Assembly: GCF_006345805.1 (NCBI RefSeq)
Contig: NC_043020.1
Location: 16,802,001 to 16,866,000, forward strand
Length of the DNA: 64,000 nt
Reading direction: 5' to 3'
Source: Octopus sinensis
Lineage: Eukaryota
Numbering within the stretch: position 1 is the first letter of the stretch; each line of letters begins with the position of its first letter. Shown here piece after piece: positions 40,085 to 52,579 of the stretch. The notes beneath the pieces were generated by a model that searched no databases, was not told the DNA's origin, and saw only the letters and a program-made list of their open reading frames with translations. The position numbers and the translations under genes were made by a program.

Positions 40085-40629
40085 GTATGTTGTGAAATAT
40101 AGTTGAACTTGAAGGTGACTACAGTTTTTATGCTTGCTAAATTTATTCACCGCTTGACTTTCCTCCTTTTTTCAGGGTGAGAGCGCCACCTATTGCTTGT
40201 CATAGCAAGAATTGCGATAAGTTTAACCACTCTTCTAATCCTAGTTTACTTGTACTAATAGCACCAAAGGCCTTAGACATGCATGCAGGTTTTGACCTCC
40301 CCATCCCATTGGCAGGTGACTGTTTGCTTACATAGCAGCTGTTGGTAGTCAATGCATGTACCTGCTTTGCCACTAACCAAACTGATTACCCATATAGTAG
40401 TACTTATATAAGCTAATTCTGTGGTTTTGTCCTCCAGTAAGTCACACATAGCAGAAGACAACTGCCCGTTTATCTATTTCGTAAGGGAACAGCTATGTTA
40501 CTTATGGGGGTAATAAATATTAACTTTTTTTTAATCCACCCACCACACAAAAAAATATCCCTCCCACCCAAAAAAAATCCTAGCTCAACATCTTTATCTT
40601 TTCTTATCCCTAAACACCCACTTATGCAA

Positions 40630-40682
<53 letters not shown>

Positions 40683-40905
40683 ATCTTGAGTCTTAGGAGA
40701 ATCATTACACCAGTAATAACAAGCACATGCAGTGCTGTGTGTGTTTATTACTATTGGTGTAATGACACTCCCAAAACACAAGATTTGTTTCAATATGTGA
40801 ATTCACATCAAGAATCTTCCAAACCAAATACAAAAACAAAGCGTATATATGTATATTTATATAAATATATATATATTTTCATATAGATATATTTATATAT
40901 ATATT

Positions 40906-40960
<55 letters not shown>

Positions 40961-42300
40961 CTAGTAGGGAAACAATTGCCTCCTTTATCAAGCCTTTATA
41001 TTTTTTTCCTTGGCATCACAACCAAACAGGCTAAAACAACTACTCATAGAAACAAACCAGTTTCTTTCAAAACCTGATAAAATCCATTCTCTTCTTCCTA
41101 ATTGTCAGCCAACATTCCTAGTTTATGATGGATTACATAAGCAACAAAGCCATTACATAATTATGTTCACAAATTTGTAGTTTGGGCTGCATTCGGAAAA
41201 TGTATACTAGTTATTTTGTTATGCAATTTTAATGTTATGTTTAGCAATGTTTGTTTCATTGTGTGGAGGTGGTTTCACTCAAGAAAATACATCATACTAA
41301 ACAGAAATTGATGGAGAATCATAAGAATAGCTTCATTCTTTCTGCCTCCATTTTAGTTTTTCTTTTAGCAGTTTTTGAAATATACTAGTAATTTTAAGAT
41401 AAAAGTGTAAATAATGGAAGATTCCAATGCTTTTTAGATTAAAATGGAGATGGTGGGAGGTAGTTGAATTCAAGGGAAATAACTTTACTTTAATAATAAT
41501 GTCCCGCTCTTTTTTATCCACAGCGTGGGTGGAGGTGTAGTTAGTGGATTTTACTTCAAAGGAAAATTTTTAGAAGATGGATAGATAATTAGTTCAGTTA
41601 CTTAATTAAAAAAAATATAGTATAATTAGATTATGATTTTATTGATAATTATTCTATTGATTTTCTTGATAATTATCAATTCGATACAATATAGAATTGT
41701 GGCTGTCAGCCATCAGAGATTTAAATTTTCTTAAAAATTAATTCACCATTTTTTGGTAGGGGAGGGATTTTGGCAATGGCATACGATATAAAGTATTTAA
41801 ATATTACATATAATGTGTGCATATGTATATATGCTCCCAATAATCTCTATATTAAAGCAGTCCTCTAAATATTTTTCTTTTTTTTTGTAGTAATATATAG
41901 ATAGATAAAAATATTTGATTAGTGTTTTGAAATTCCTGTCCAAATTTTTAAGTAAGATATTTTCTTAAATTCTGAATACACAAGAAATTGGTTTAATCCA
42001 GTGAAGACACAAAAAAAATGGGAAATTAGATTAATTATAAATCAACAGGGTATTTAGGTTTGGACCCTAAATAGGAATGCTTAAAAATGTAACTGTCCGC
42101 TGAAAGCCGCTCCTTTAGCTGCTTATCAGTATTTTTTTCTGTGTTTGGCTTATTTGATGACTACAAAGGTAATTAGTTGTGGCGGTGGTGGTGGTGGTAG
42201 CAATATTTATGGGTTTAGTTAAACAATTAACGAAGCAGGGTTTCGCTAATAATAGCTTTCATTAATGCCTTGCTTGAATTTTTTTTCCACTTAATTTTAG

Positions 42301-42445
42301 ATAGAAGCTGCTTCTCCCAGTCCCAGCCCAAAACAAAAGAAACAGCATCCACACCCAGAACTGAAGCGGACAAAGTCGCAGGCGGCTAGCCGCAAAATTC
42401 AGAAGGCTCAAAGCAACGCATCATTGGAGGATAATAACGGCGGAG
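42301..42445 (+). CDS. STXBP5: Tomosyn hypervariable-region exon (145 nt, phase 0 to 1; donor uncertain, alternative after 42499)
   Basis: ttttttccacttaattttag|ATA; IEAASPSPSPKQKKQHPHPELKRTKSQAASRKIQKAQSNASLEDNNGG, loosely like the basic KTKSRKFSK...SRKLS stretch of vertebrate tomosyn. The donor GAG|gtgcta is weak. Confidence 0.7.
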
Positions 42446-44919
42446 GTGCTACTATTATTATTACTACTACTACTGCTCAGTTGCAGCTGATTGCTAAACG
42501 TCAGACTATGTTTTCTTACAAGCACCTTTTTAAAATATGCAAATTGCTACAATCCTAGATCACAACATCATAAATAGCTCCCTACCAATACTACATCCTA
42601 TTCCCCTTACCCCCCAGTCTTTTTATATTGGAACTAAATTATAGTTTGCATCTGTTTACAGGTTTACACACCAATTAGCAGAATGTAGTCAACTTTAATA
42701 ACCACACCCCATTTCCAAATTAATTCAATTGGTGGAATAACTTTGAGAGAATTTTTGTTGAAATACTTTCTCCCTTTTCTTGGTGTTTTTGAAGAAGAAA
42801 ATCATTTGTATTTCTGTTACAGTTGTCTTAGTTTAAAAAAAAATATAGAAAAATTTCCCACAATGCATTATCTCAGAGTAGATATACATTGTCTTAGTGT
42901 TTAACAAATTAATTAATTAAGAACATGCATATACAGCATGTGTTATTCTTTGATTTAGTGTGTTTAATTAATTTGTAACACACACATATATCTCATGTTG
43001 TTTGTATTTCTGGAGTTTTTGGTCAATTCAATACATTACTTTTACACAATGGTTTTTTAACTTCACTTTGTGAACTAAACATTACTTTTACAAAATAGTT
43101 ACTTAAATAAATATTACTAAAATATAATTAAAATTTGATCCTTTTGTTAACAACTAGGAGTCAATATTTTCCCAAGTACTAAGTAGGTGAGAGATTAATT
43201 TCTTCCTGGAGGGAATGTTAGCCAAGTTTTCAGCAATAAACCCTGTTTTAATATATAGTTATACTAGCTTCCAGATGGTCACTCTACTGCTAGAAATAGC
43301 AGTAAAATTATCTCTGATGACACTCTGTCATCTTAAGGATAAAAAAGGGAGACGTTGGACATTGTAGTCTTTTATGAAATACCAACTTCCAATACCATTA
43401 GAAAAATAGTAAAAACAAGAAAAGAGAGAACAAGATAAAAAAAATATTCGGAAACTAATGCAAGTTGTTAGCATGTGTGAGTCTGTGAATATCACATAAG
43501 CTTGCTGCCAACATCTGGAAACTTATTCTCCCCAAAGCTAGGTGAATGGTGAATCAGAAATTGAAATGTCTGCAGCATGATACAAACTTAGAATTCTCTT
43601 ACTTCTAATCCTATATCTTATCAACATGGTGGCCATGTCACCTCACTCAAATACCTTTTCATGCATTTTTTTTCTCTCATAAAATATTTACCTTCAGTGG
43701 AAAGAGTCAGAGAGAAATCTATGTTATTAAACAATCTTCTTTAAGATGGCAAGCTGGCAGAATGGTTAGCATACCAGGCAAACTGCTTAGCAACATTTCA
43801 TCCATCTTTACGTTCTGAGTTCAAATTCCACCGAGGTCAACTTTACTTTTCATTATTTTGGGGTCAATAAAATAAATACCAGTTGAGCATTGGGGTCGAT
43901 GTTATTGACTAGCCCCTTTCCCCAAAATTTCAGGCCCTGTGCCTACAGTAGAAAGGCTTATTATACAACCCAAGGTCATTACAATATTATTGGTTACATT
44001 TTGAAATACAAATTGAAAGTACAGTTTTTTAATTGCATCCAAAAGTAGTGTCTCTCATAGGTTGCCCATTCAATAACTTCATTGTAATTACAATTAATTT
44101 AAATATTGTTGTTAGAAATTTGAAGAATGCGGAATAATTCTTTTTTAGGAATAGTGAATCTTGAAGCAAATAGAGCTATAAATGAAAAGAAAATTATAAA
44201 AATCCTTTCCAAGTTATATAGAGTCATAGCGTTGGTTTCCATGGTGTATATATTCCTCACCTGGACAGGATGCCAGACTATCACAGGGTTACTTCTTGCC
44301 TGCTGACTGGATGAGAGCAACATGAAATGAAGTGTTTTGCTCAAAAACACAACACATCACCCAGTCCAGGAATTGAAACCACAATCTTATGGTTATGAGT
44401 CCAACACCCTAACCAATAGAAAAAATCAAAGGCTGCTCATAGACATATGCAATTTTTACTAGGAGATATGGGTTTGAATTCCACTGGAATCCTTAGACTT
44501 TTTTCTAACCAAAGAGTTTTTATCCCAATATTAACATGGTACTATTTATAGCTCTATTTGCTTCAAGATTCACCGTTCTTAAAAAAGAATAATTTAGATA
44601 TATTAGTGATAATATATTATATATATATTATGCTCTAACTATAATACTATTTTTTTGATATAATTTTATAAGAGTTTTTCTAGTAGATTTTTACCATTTC
44701 CATTTTATACAAAGATATTTTATTATCAAAATTCTTTGTTTATTCCACCAATTACTTATTTAAATTAATGGTCACTCTCCACACAAAGGTAAATACTTAA
44801 TATAGACATATATATATATTAAGTAGTGTCACCATCTAAACAACATAGTGTTATCATTTTGTATGAAGGGATTTAGTAAAGAAAACTGCTTTTGTTTAAA
44901 TTTTCCTTTAGTAGAAAGG

Positions 44920-44980
<61 letters not shown>

Positions 44981-45125
44981 CATCATTATTATCATTATGA
45001 TTTTTATTATTATTATTATCATCTAGGCAGCAAGTTGGCAGAGTCTTTAGTGTGTTGGACAAAATACTTCGCAGCATTTCTTCCCACTCTTTAAGTTCTG
45101 AGTTCAAATCCCACTGTGGTCAATT

Positions 45126-45169
<44 letters not shown>

Positions 45170-45574
45170 GATCAATTAGTTGTCCATAAGTCAGGAAAAA
45201 GCATACTCAATATAAGTAAAAGTGCAGTTCTGTTTTTATATATTGTCAAGCGGTATACTGGTTATTGTATATAAATGGTTAGCAAGATACTATCAGTTTC
45301 AAGTCACCTGTTGCAACTAGGCAATATTGATGACCCTTCAGACATACTGGCCAGAATTGCATACCCTCGTTGATGCTGGGAGTGCATAAGCTCTAGACTG
45401 GTTCAGTAGTGTTGAAAAGAAGTGAAACAAAACATTGTAAAAAAAAAATTATATCATTTTCATGGGGGGTGGGGTGAAAAAGAGTTGTTTCCCCTGGAAT
45501 ATTGTTAGCCATGGATGAAGCAGGTAAACTGTGTTTGTGTATATATATCATTCCCTAATTCATAAATAGATATA

Positions 45575-46215
45575 ACCAAGATGAATTTACACTCATTAAG
45601 ACAGTATCCAAAAATTTCACCTCTTAAATTTAGGAAAATGCCTAAATAATATGAATTTTTTTCGCATAATTCTTTTCTCTGCCAAGCATAAACTGCATCT
45701 ACTTCCATTCAGCTATGATACTGAACATTCCAGCAACTTCCAGTTGATTTTGTATGGCGTTGCTTCCTCTTTTAACTGTCATATTTAGCTGGCTAGTATT
45801 GTAGCATAGCACTTCATTGGATTCTAAGAGGATCTGCGATTATTTATCTTAGCCTTAAAGGGGTCATCCATTGCCTTAATATATGTCACATCATTACTGT
45901 TGGTCAACACCACTTCTGCTTTGTAGATCACTGCTTCTGTGTTGCATTGACCATTTACTAGGCACTCTACATGAGCATCCTGTCTTTGTCCACAGCATTG
46001 GGATACTAACTATATTTTCATGTGAGGTGCACTGCTGAATGAAACCCTTGAGTTATGTTTATTGAACATTTTCCTATACCTATGATCCTGTGTAAAATGC
46101 ATATTCACTAATCTAAAGAAGGCCTTTCTCAAGCTTTTTGGTATTGAGTAGAGGAGACCCACGTGACTTTTCCATAGTGTTTTTCTCTTGTAGGTGTTAC
46201 AGCTGGGCATATGTT
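45575..46215 (-). mobile_element. Penelope-like retroelement 3' fragment (RT C-terminus plus GIY-YIG endonuclease), decayed
   Basis: FFRLVNMHF...KMFNKHNSRVSFS..P / CLVNGQCNTEAVIYKAEV...TYIKAMDDPFKAKINNRRSS / YKINWKLL / CSLCLAEK matches the PLE pattern C..NG.C...VIY...YIG...FK.R.NNH. Confidence 0.85.
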
Positions 46216-46842
46216 ATATGGCTTTTAAAAATACTAGCTGCCAGAGCCTTGTTGTAGTTGTAGGCCACTATATTAGAGGGTAGATTCGAGATCCTCTTAC
46301 TGACATTCTTTACAAGGTTTTTAAACACTGTAAACAAGTGTAAGGAAGCTGTGTTGATATGCGACAGCCTTTCATTTAGATGTAAAAGTGGTTATGCACT
46401 TATGGCCCATATATTCAGACTTGTCAATATTGCTTAGGTACAATGGTCAGCATAAAATCAATGGCAACATTCTAACCATTTATATATTCCATAAGCACTA
46501 ATATATTGCATGGCCATATATGTGTGTGCTTGTGTATATATGCATGTATATTTGTGTGCATGTATATATATATACACACATATATATACATATACATGCA
46601 TGTATGTATATATATATATATTTTAATGTTTTTTTTGGTGTTCAGTTATAATGCAAACAATTTTACATTAATCTGATGGGTTACTCTATACTTTTGTAGA
46701 GTACAAATTTCTTATTCTTAAACAAGAATGTTGTTGGTAGTGACGTCGAAGTTTCAGCTTGCTAAGCCATCAGCAAATGATGGCTCAGCTGGCCAAAACT
46801 TCAAAGTCACTGTCAACAACATAATTGTTTAAAAATAATACA

Positions 46843-46888
<46 letters not shown>

Positions 46889-47591
46889 CACACACATACA
46901 TACATTATATATATAATGTATGTATATATACACACACTCAGCACACATGTATTGAGCTTTGTTTTTCCTTGTTTCTTCTACTAAACCTATGTGTGTGAGT
47001 ATGTATATAGTGTTTAAAGGTCTGTTCAGACTCTTATTATATCAAAAAAGCTATTTCTTTTATTCCTTTTTTAATTGAATATCTTGTGAGTGATAAGGTA
47101 AAAGGGGCCAACAAAACACACTTGTCTCTCCTGTTCTCATTAACCCACTATAATCTCACTCCTTCTAGTCCCTACACTAAGGACTTTGCCTAAAACTTAC
47201 ACTCTCTCCTGGATTCCGTCCCTATCTACAATTTCTCAACCTCCAGCAAAGATTTACAGCTGTTGAAATTCAAACTCTACCTCCTTCCTGACTAAACCAG
47301 TTAAGAAAAATCAAAAAACAATTTTTAAAATGAAAGTCCTCATCAACAGAGTATTCTCTGCTAAATCTCTTCATTGGAATGGATTTCTACTTGTTTGTTT
47401 ATGATTATTTAGCTTTGTGTGACTTCACTAATCCCCGTCCCCCATCTCCACTTCTCCATCTGCAAGAATCCCACACCAGTTACATTCTAACAAAGTAAGA
47501 GGTTTAAATAATAAAATAACCTCTATTGGGTCCCCTTGGGGTTTTTCTTCAGTCTCTCTTGGCCTTCTCATTTTATATTACCAACTTTCAG

Positions 47592-47614
47592 CTCTTTCTG
47601 TAAACCAAACGATG
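47592..47614 (+). CDS. STXBP5: Candidate 23-nt exon (phase 2 to 1, SFCKPND(G)); alternative acceptor at 47553 in the same phase
   Basis: ccaactttcag|C TCT TTC TGT AAA CCA AAC GAT G|gtatgg; KPND(G) is reminiscent of KPD...DN just before the conserved SFSRSRSSS motif. Confidence 0.35.
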
Positions 47615-47950
47615 GTATGGAACAGTCTTCAGATAATCTTGTGGTGTTCTTTTTTTTTATGTATCATATCTTTTTATTTATTGATTTCATTTTAAACATT
47701 ATTTTTTTTTTAAATCAATGGCCTGGTGATTGTTATCTTTAATTAGTTATTTTGCTGTGTTAATGGTAAAAAAATAATAATAATTATAAAATAATAGTAC
47801 CATGGCGTGTGGGTATATACTTGTTTGGAATACGTTGACATCAGATGGCATAAACAAAATATTTTGGTGAGTATATTAAAAATAAAACCCACATATGTTT
47901 GTCTAGGTAAGTATGTTGGTACAATATCTGAAACCATACATTCAATGCAT

Positions 47951-47951
<1 letters not shown>

Positions 47952-48012
<61 letters not shown>

Positions 48013-48013
48013 A

Positions 48014-48066
<53 letters not shown>
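47952..48066. repeat. (ATT)n microsatellite, about 38 units
   Basis: Direct reading; similar tracts at 26290-26361, 31163-31224 and 44921-45020. Confidence 0.95.
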
Positions 48067-50830
48067 TATAATAAATGGGACTTCAAAAAGGATTTTTTTG
48101 AAAGTATTTTTTTTCGTCATTTCTGATATAATTTGTCGTAATTTCTTGTCACAGCTGGTTAGTTTGCATTGTAACAACTATGATGCTATTGTGGGGCTCA
48201 GGTCTTCTTGTTTCCTCTGTAGAATAGAGGTTGTCTCATCTTCCTACAGAGCAAAGTTTTTGATGTTACTTCAATACCATTTTGAACTTCTTGAACATTC
48301 CAACTTCAGATTATTTTCCTCTTATAATTCTAGTGTGTTATATATTATGTAATTTAAAATAACATTGCAGATTCCTTTATTTTCACTTTTATTCTGTTAC
48401 TGGTTTCAGCCAGGGGCTGAGGCCATGCAAGAGCACCTGGTTTCTAACGTTGTAGGTTGGTAGCTATCAATTTAATTTTGATTGGGTTGAGAATAAATTT
48501 GGCTGTGTTTGTTTCTTGTAGGACACATACTTCTCAACAAACACTTTATGATCTAATTTTGGTAGAGCTTCAATTTGACCATTTCTATCATCCACCTTGC
48601 AATTCATCGTAAATGTCATACCTGCGTGAAAAATCTTAGTTCTGTATTTTATACAAAAGATCATAAGATATTTGCATAGCAGATTTGTTATACAGTTCTA
48701 TCATTGTTGAGCACTAAACTTCTGTCAGCCTATAAACATTGGCTGTGAGAGCTTACATCAATTAGTTCAGCTGTTGCTATCAGCTGAGCTAATTGGTGTA
48801 AGTTATGCATGTTCATCGCTTGAAGTGACAAGGGCCATTTAGTTTCATGAGGACTCAAGATTTACGTGGTGTCTCATCCTTGACCATCTTCAAACCAGTG
48901 GCAAGCCCAGGTTGCTGGACCATGAAAGTTTTTTTCTGCAAAGCCCACCAGATCCATCCTTCACATGCATAGGCAGGCAAGCCTTAATGTTCTAATTAAC
49001 CCTTAGCTGGGACCCTGACAGGTGCTATTACTCCAGGTCAGAGTACAGCTGGGTTTGACTTTAAACTGCATTGTGAGGCCCTAGTATGTGGAACATCCTT
49101 TGAGCCACTATTCTACAAGTTACAGAACAAAGTTATCAGCTGTTATAAAATTCAGAGCTTTTAGCTGAACTCATCTAAGTTATAAATCCTAGAGCTATCA
49201 GCTGAATTAATTAATGTAAATTATAAAATACAAATATTACACTTTCTTTTTTGTCTTTTGTTCCATTCAGTTGTACATCAACTTTAGACATCTGAGATAG
49301 AATGGTGTACGGAATGCTTCATGCCAGCTCAGCACCAACTTTGGCCATTTAGTTATATATTAATTAGTTGAATTACATAGTGCCATCTTCTATCTCAGTA
49401 GACTGATTTTTGTCACATCTTTTTATCACATTGTACAAGCCTTTGCCATATTTTGCCAACCTCTTACACACTGTGCCAGCTTCTTCCATATTTTATCAGC
49501 CTCTCTCACATATGACCAGTCTTCAAAGGCTTTTATTATTTGCAAGTGGGGGAAAAAATCATTTTTCTTTACTTCAAACAAAAAAAAATAAACTTGACCC
49601 TGAATCTGTACTTCCTCCACTATGGTGTTCACACCAGTACCTCACCCCACATACAAAAAAGGACTTTTGTATTCTTGAAAAATTTCTTCCCCTTTTTTCT
49701 CTTTTTTTTTCTATTGTTTTTACATATTTGAAATTAAGTTTATTGTTCATGTAGTAAGCTACAAAATTCTTATATTCTCTCAATTTCCTGACAAAATAGG
49801 AAAGGTATTACCTCAGAAGATGTCCCTAAAGCATTGTCCTGGAGGATCGTCCCTAATTTTTTTCAATCTTTTTTCTGTTTACTTGTATGCTAAATCCAAT
49901 GTTATACTCTACAACATCGATTCAGGCTTAAATATTGCTAAAATGTGCTTTGTTAACTTAGTATAAACTGGTTAATTATTTCTTTGAATTAGTAGAGAAA
50001 TAACATTCTCAAAAAAATAATTTTTTAAAAAGAAAGGATATTTTTTATGATGATAAAAAATTTATTTCAAAGACAAGACCATCCTAGACATAATTATAAC
50101 TGAATCTTTTTTTTTTCCTTCCTTGGTATTATTCTATCCTATCTTTAATGTGTCTTATATAATTGATTATTGTTTTCAAATCACCTCTAATTACCTATAT
50201 GCTGTAGGTGTTTTCAAATACTGGAGAAAGTAACAATCTTAAATATTCTTTCTTTTATCTTTGCTTGTTCCAGTCATTGGACTGTGGCCATGCTGGGGCA
50301 TACTTTTCTCTTTTCTTTTTAAGCCTGGTATTTATTCTATCAGCCTCTTATGCCAAAACTGCTTAGTTACTGGGACGTAAACAAACCAACATCAGTTGCA
50401 AAGTGGTGGTGGGGAACAGACACAAAGGCATATACTCACAGATATATATATATGCACGACAGGCCTCTTTCAGTTTCTGTCTGTCAAATCCTTTCAAAAG
50501 GCTTTGATCAGATCAGAGCTATAGTGGAAGACACTTACCCAAGGTTCTTCACATTGGGACTGAACCTGGAACCATGTGGTTGGGAAGCAAACTTCTTACC
50601 ACACAGCTATGCCTTACTGAAATAGAATAATTTTTTTTTAAGTCATTAAGTTTTTTTTTTGGTTTTTTTGTAAGTCTAAATTAAAACGACTTTATCTGTT
50701 GCTTTTCTGTTGATCTTTTTTGATTTAAAGAAATCATCTTAATTCAGCTTATAAAATTCCTGCACCATTTAAGAATAAGTCCCAAATAAAATTTACTTTA
50801 GCTCAAGTTAGTGTCTTGAAATCATTTTAA

Positions 50831-52579
50831 CCCTTTAGTATTTAAATCGCCCATATCCGGCCAAAATAACTAATCTGTTTTATGTTCAAACTGACCAGAT
50901 CCAGGCTCTCACACCTACCCTACAATGTTATTCTACATTAAGTAATTACACCATCAAGATCTTGAAGATATGAGATAATGCATGATTAATTCAAATCAAT
51001 GGGAATCAATAAGCATTATGCTTGATAGAATAATCTGAACACTAAAGGGTTAAACCTTTTGATACCAATCCATCTAAGACTACCCCTTGTTCTATGATAC
51101 TTAACTTCTCAGTTTTCAAATTAACCCTTTAGCTTTTACGCTAGCCATATGGAGCCCAAATATTCTTGTTTTATGTTCAAACCAGCCAGATCTGGCTTCT
51201 CGTGTCTACCCTACAATATCATTCCAAAAAGAAAAACAATCATATCATCAAAATCTCGAAGCTACAAGATAATGCATGATTAATTTAAAGCAAAGTGAAT
51301 GAATGCACATTACAATTGGCAGAAGAATCTGAATGCTAAAGAGTTAAAACAGGATTTTAGGTAAGAATCTTCTTTTAGACTTATCACAAAAACTACCTTA
51401 ATAATAATTTTTTGTCATTTTACTATTCATTTGAAATATTTATTAGAACATGCAACAGGTTGGCTGAGTCATTAGAGCATCAGTTTTTAGTCAAAATCTC
51501 AGCACTGTGAGTTCAAATCTCACTGAAGTCAACTTTGCCTGGTTGATAAAAAAAAGATACAATGTACCAATCTAAGGTGTGGGGTTGGCAGAACTACCTT
51601 AATAATAATTTTTTGTCATTTTACTATTCATTTGAAATATTTATTAGAACATGCAACAGGTTGGCTGTCATTAGAGCATCAGTTTTTATTCAAAATCTCA
51701 GCACTGTGAGTTCAAATCTCACCAAAGTCAACTTTGCCTGGTTGATAAAAAAAAGATACAATGTACCAATCTAAGGTGTGGGGTTGGCAGAACTTAAGCA
51801 GTGAAGTAGAGCTTTAATCTTTTATTATCCAGATTACTGTCAGATGTAATACTTATTTATCTGCATTGTTTTGAATTAATCATGCATTATCTTATAGAAG
51901 GCTTGTGGTTTAGTGGTTAGGGTATTCAGCTCACGGTCATAGGGTCATGAGTTCAATACATGGCAACATGTTGTATCTTCGAGCAAGATGCTTTATTTCA
52001 TGTTGCTTCTGTCCACTCAATTGGTAAAAATGAGAAGTACCTATAATTCAAAAAGGCCGGCCTTGTCAGATTTTGTGTCATGTTGAATCTCTCTGAGAAG
52101 TACCTTAAGGGCACATGTGTTTGGGGAGTGCTCAGTCACTTGCATGTTAATTTCATGAGCAGGCTGTTCCGTTGACTGGCTCGACTGGAACCATCATCAT
52201 TGTCACCAATGGAGTGCATGTCATAGCTTTGAGATTTTGATGACGTGATTATTTATTTTTCGAATGACATTGTAGGGTAGGTGTAAGAAGCCAGATATGG
52301 CAAGTTTGAGCATAAAACAAGCAGAATATTTGGGCCAGATGCTAACGGATTAAATTAAGCTTTAGCATTCAGGTTACTCTCTCAAATGTAATGCTTATTC
52401 ATTCACCCTGTTTTGGATTATTCATGCATTATCTTGTAGGTAAGAGGTATTCATGGTGTGCTTGCTTATTTTTAAAAAGACATTATAGGATAGGAATATT
52501 TTGGCTATATTTGACCAGTTTGAACATAAAAATCAGTAGAATATTTAGGCTGGAAATGGTCAGTTTGAATGGTAAAGGA
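50831..52579. mobile_element. Cluster of four related piggyBac-type MITEs (two forward, two reverse; one split by a SINE B)
   Basis: TTAA-flanked copies at 50831-51049 and 51125-51343 (forward), 51818-52349 (reverse, SINE at 51897-52217) and 52359-52579 (reverse); partial relatives at about 2912-3065 and 3590-3727. Confidence 0.8.
51391..51794. repeat. About 201-bp tandem duplication with a few differences
   Basis: aactaccttaataataatt at 51391 and 51592; aact at the junction; 2-nt indel and 3 substitutions seen. Confidence 0.9.

Noticed and set aside
29762-43722. Further AG...GT candidates (29762-29802, 33551-33561, 38072-38099, 43158-43182, about 43698-43722)
   Set aside because: Weak donors and no homology; such frame-compatible pairs arise readily by chance in AT-rich introns
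49400-49640. ORFs 49410-49783, possible transposase C-terminus
   Set aside because: Similarity too weak to name; no catalytic motif or TIR found
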